From the UHGV virus genome UHGV-0057547: 64,000 nucleotides of DNA; one strand, written 5' to 3'. Positions 63,474-64,000 of the stretch are shown here, piece after piece; position 1 is the stretch's first letter; every line of letters starts with the position of its first letter. Source of the stretch: a virus. The notes beneath the pieces are model-generated. The model saw only the letters and a program-made list of their open reading frames with translations. It searched no databases and was not told the origin of the DNA. A program made the position numbers and the translations under genes.

Positions 63474-64000
63474 AGTATGTAAGATTTTGTCTTATTAATT
63501 TATTGAATAGACATTATACAAAAATAGTAGTATAATATAAGTAATAAATTAATAAGGAGGGAACTTTCATGGGGAAAAGTTCAAAAGATAAATATGAATT
63601 AGGTAAAGAAATGTTTTTACAAGGGAAAACAACAATGAATATAGCAAAAGAATTAAATATATCAAGAAGTAGATTTTCAAGATATTTAAGGGAGTGTGGA
63701 ATAGATAGTCAACAATATCATAAATTTCCTATAGATGAAAATGTTTTTAATGTAATAGATACAGAAGAAAAAGCGTACTGGTTAGGATTTTGGTTTGCAG
63801 ATGGATATGTAAGTTCAAATAGAAATACAGTAGGTATTGATTTAAAACCGAGCGATTTAAATCATCTAAATAAATTAAAAACATTTTTAAAATGGAAAGG
63901 CGATATAAAAGTAGAAGAAACTAGATGTAGATTAAATTTTAGAAATGATAAAATTAAGAATGATTTAATAAAATATGGATGTGTTCCAAATAAATCATTA
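63474..64000 (+). mobile_element. Start of a further intron in the tape-measure gene carrying a LAGLIDADG endonuclease ORF (continues beyond window)
   Basis: Internal promoter + RBS then ORF; intron identity inferred from context. Confidence 0.4.
63569..64000 (+). CDS. LAGLIDADG homing endonuclease (partial, runs off the window)
   Basis: First LAGLIDADG motif LGFWFADGYV; N-terminal HTH-like region. Confidence 0.6.
   Translation, partial: MGKSSKDKYELGKEMFLQGKTTMNIAKELNISRSRFSRYLRECGIDSQQYHKFPIDENVFNVIDTEEKAYWLGFWFADGYVSSNRNTVGIDLKPSDLNHLNKLKTFLKWKGDIKVEETRCRLNFRNDKIKNDLIKYGCVPNKSL

Noticed and set aside
1-64000. tRNA or rRNA genes
   Set aside because: No region with cloverleaf-compatible stems or rRNA-like composition was noticed by eye. 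tRNAscan or Infernal would be needed to exclude small RNAs.

Overview
AT-rich (~28% GC) Clostridium-type phage or prophage DNA. Bases 1–29,400 hold a putative replication origin (DnaA boxes plus iterons), two insertion-sequence genes (an IS1595-family transposase and a solo TnpB), early and accessory genes (RecD-like helicase, HU-like protein with acidic tail, a 701-aa unknown protein next to a calcineurin-like phosphoesterase, a DUF4041/T5orf172 protein), a repeat-rich tail-fibre gene and a minus-strand lysis cassette (GH73 glucosaminidase, GH25 muramidase, membrane protein). Bases ~29,400–64,000 are the packaging and virion module: terminase small-like, terminase large, portal, protease/scaffold, major capsid, tail genes and tape measure. 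This module is interrupted by at least 15 group I introns (some boundaries uncertain by about 30 nt), and nearly every gene in it is split. The introns carry P1 and P7 core elements and show covariation between copies in the 5' half. Nine contain free-standing homing-endonuclease ORFs: seven of a zinc-ribbon-repeat + DUF559/Vsr-like family, one HNH domain-swap variant, one Bacillus-phage-type HNH and two LAGLIDADG. Each such ORF has its own internal promoter and RBS. Six introns are ORF-less. A second, about 280-nt structured element type (T1–T4) occurs standalone or as the 3' part of ORF-bearing introns, and flanks micro-exons as short as 13 nt. Splicing in silico reconstructs a terminase large subunit from at least 7 exons and restores its Walker A, Q-motif and Walker B.
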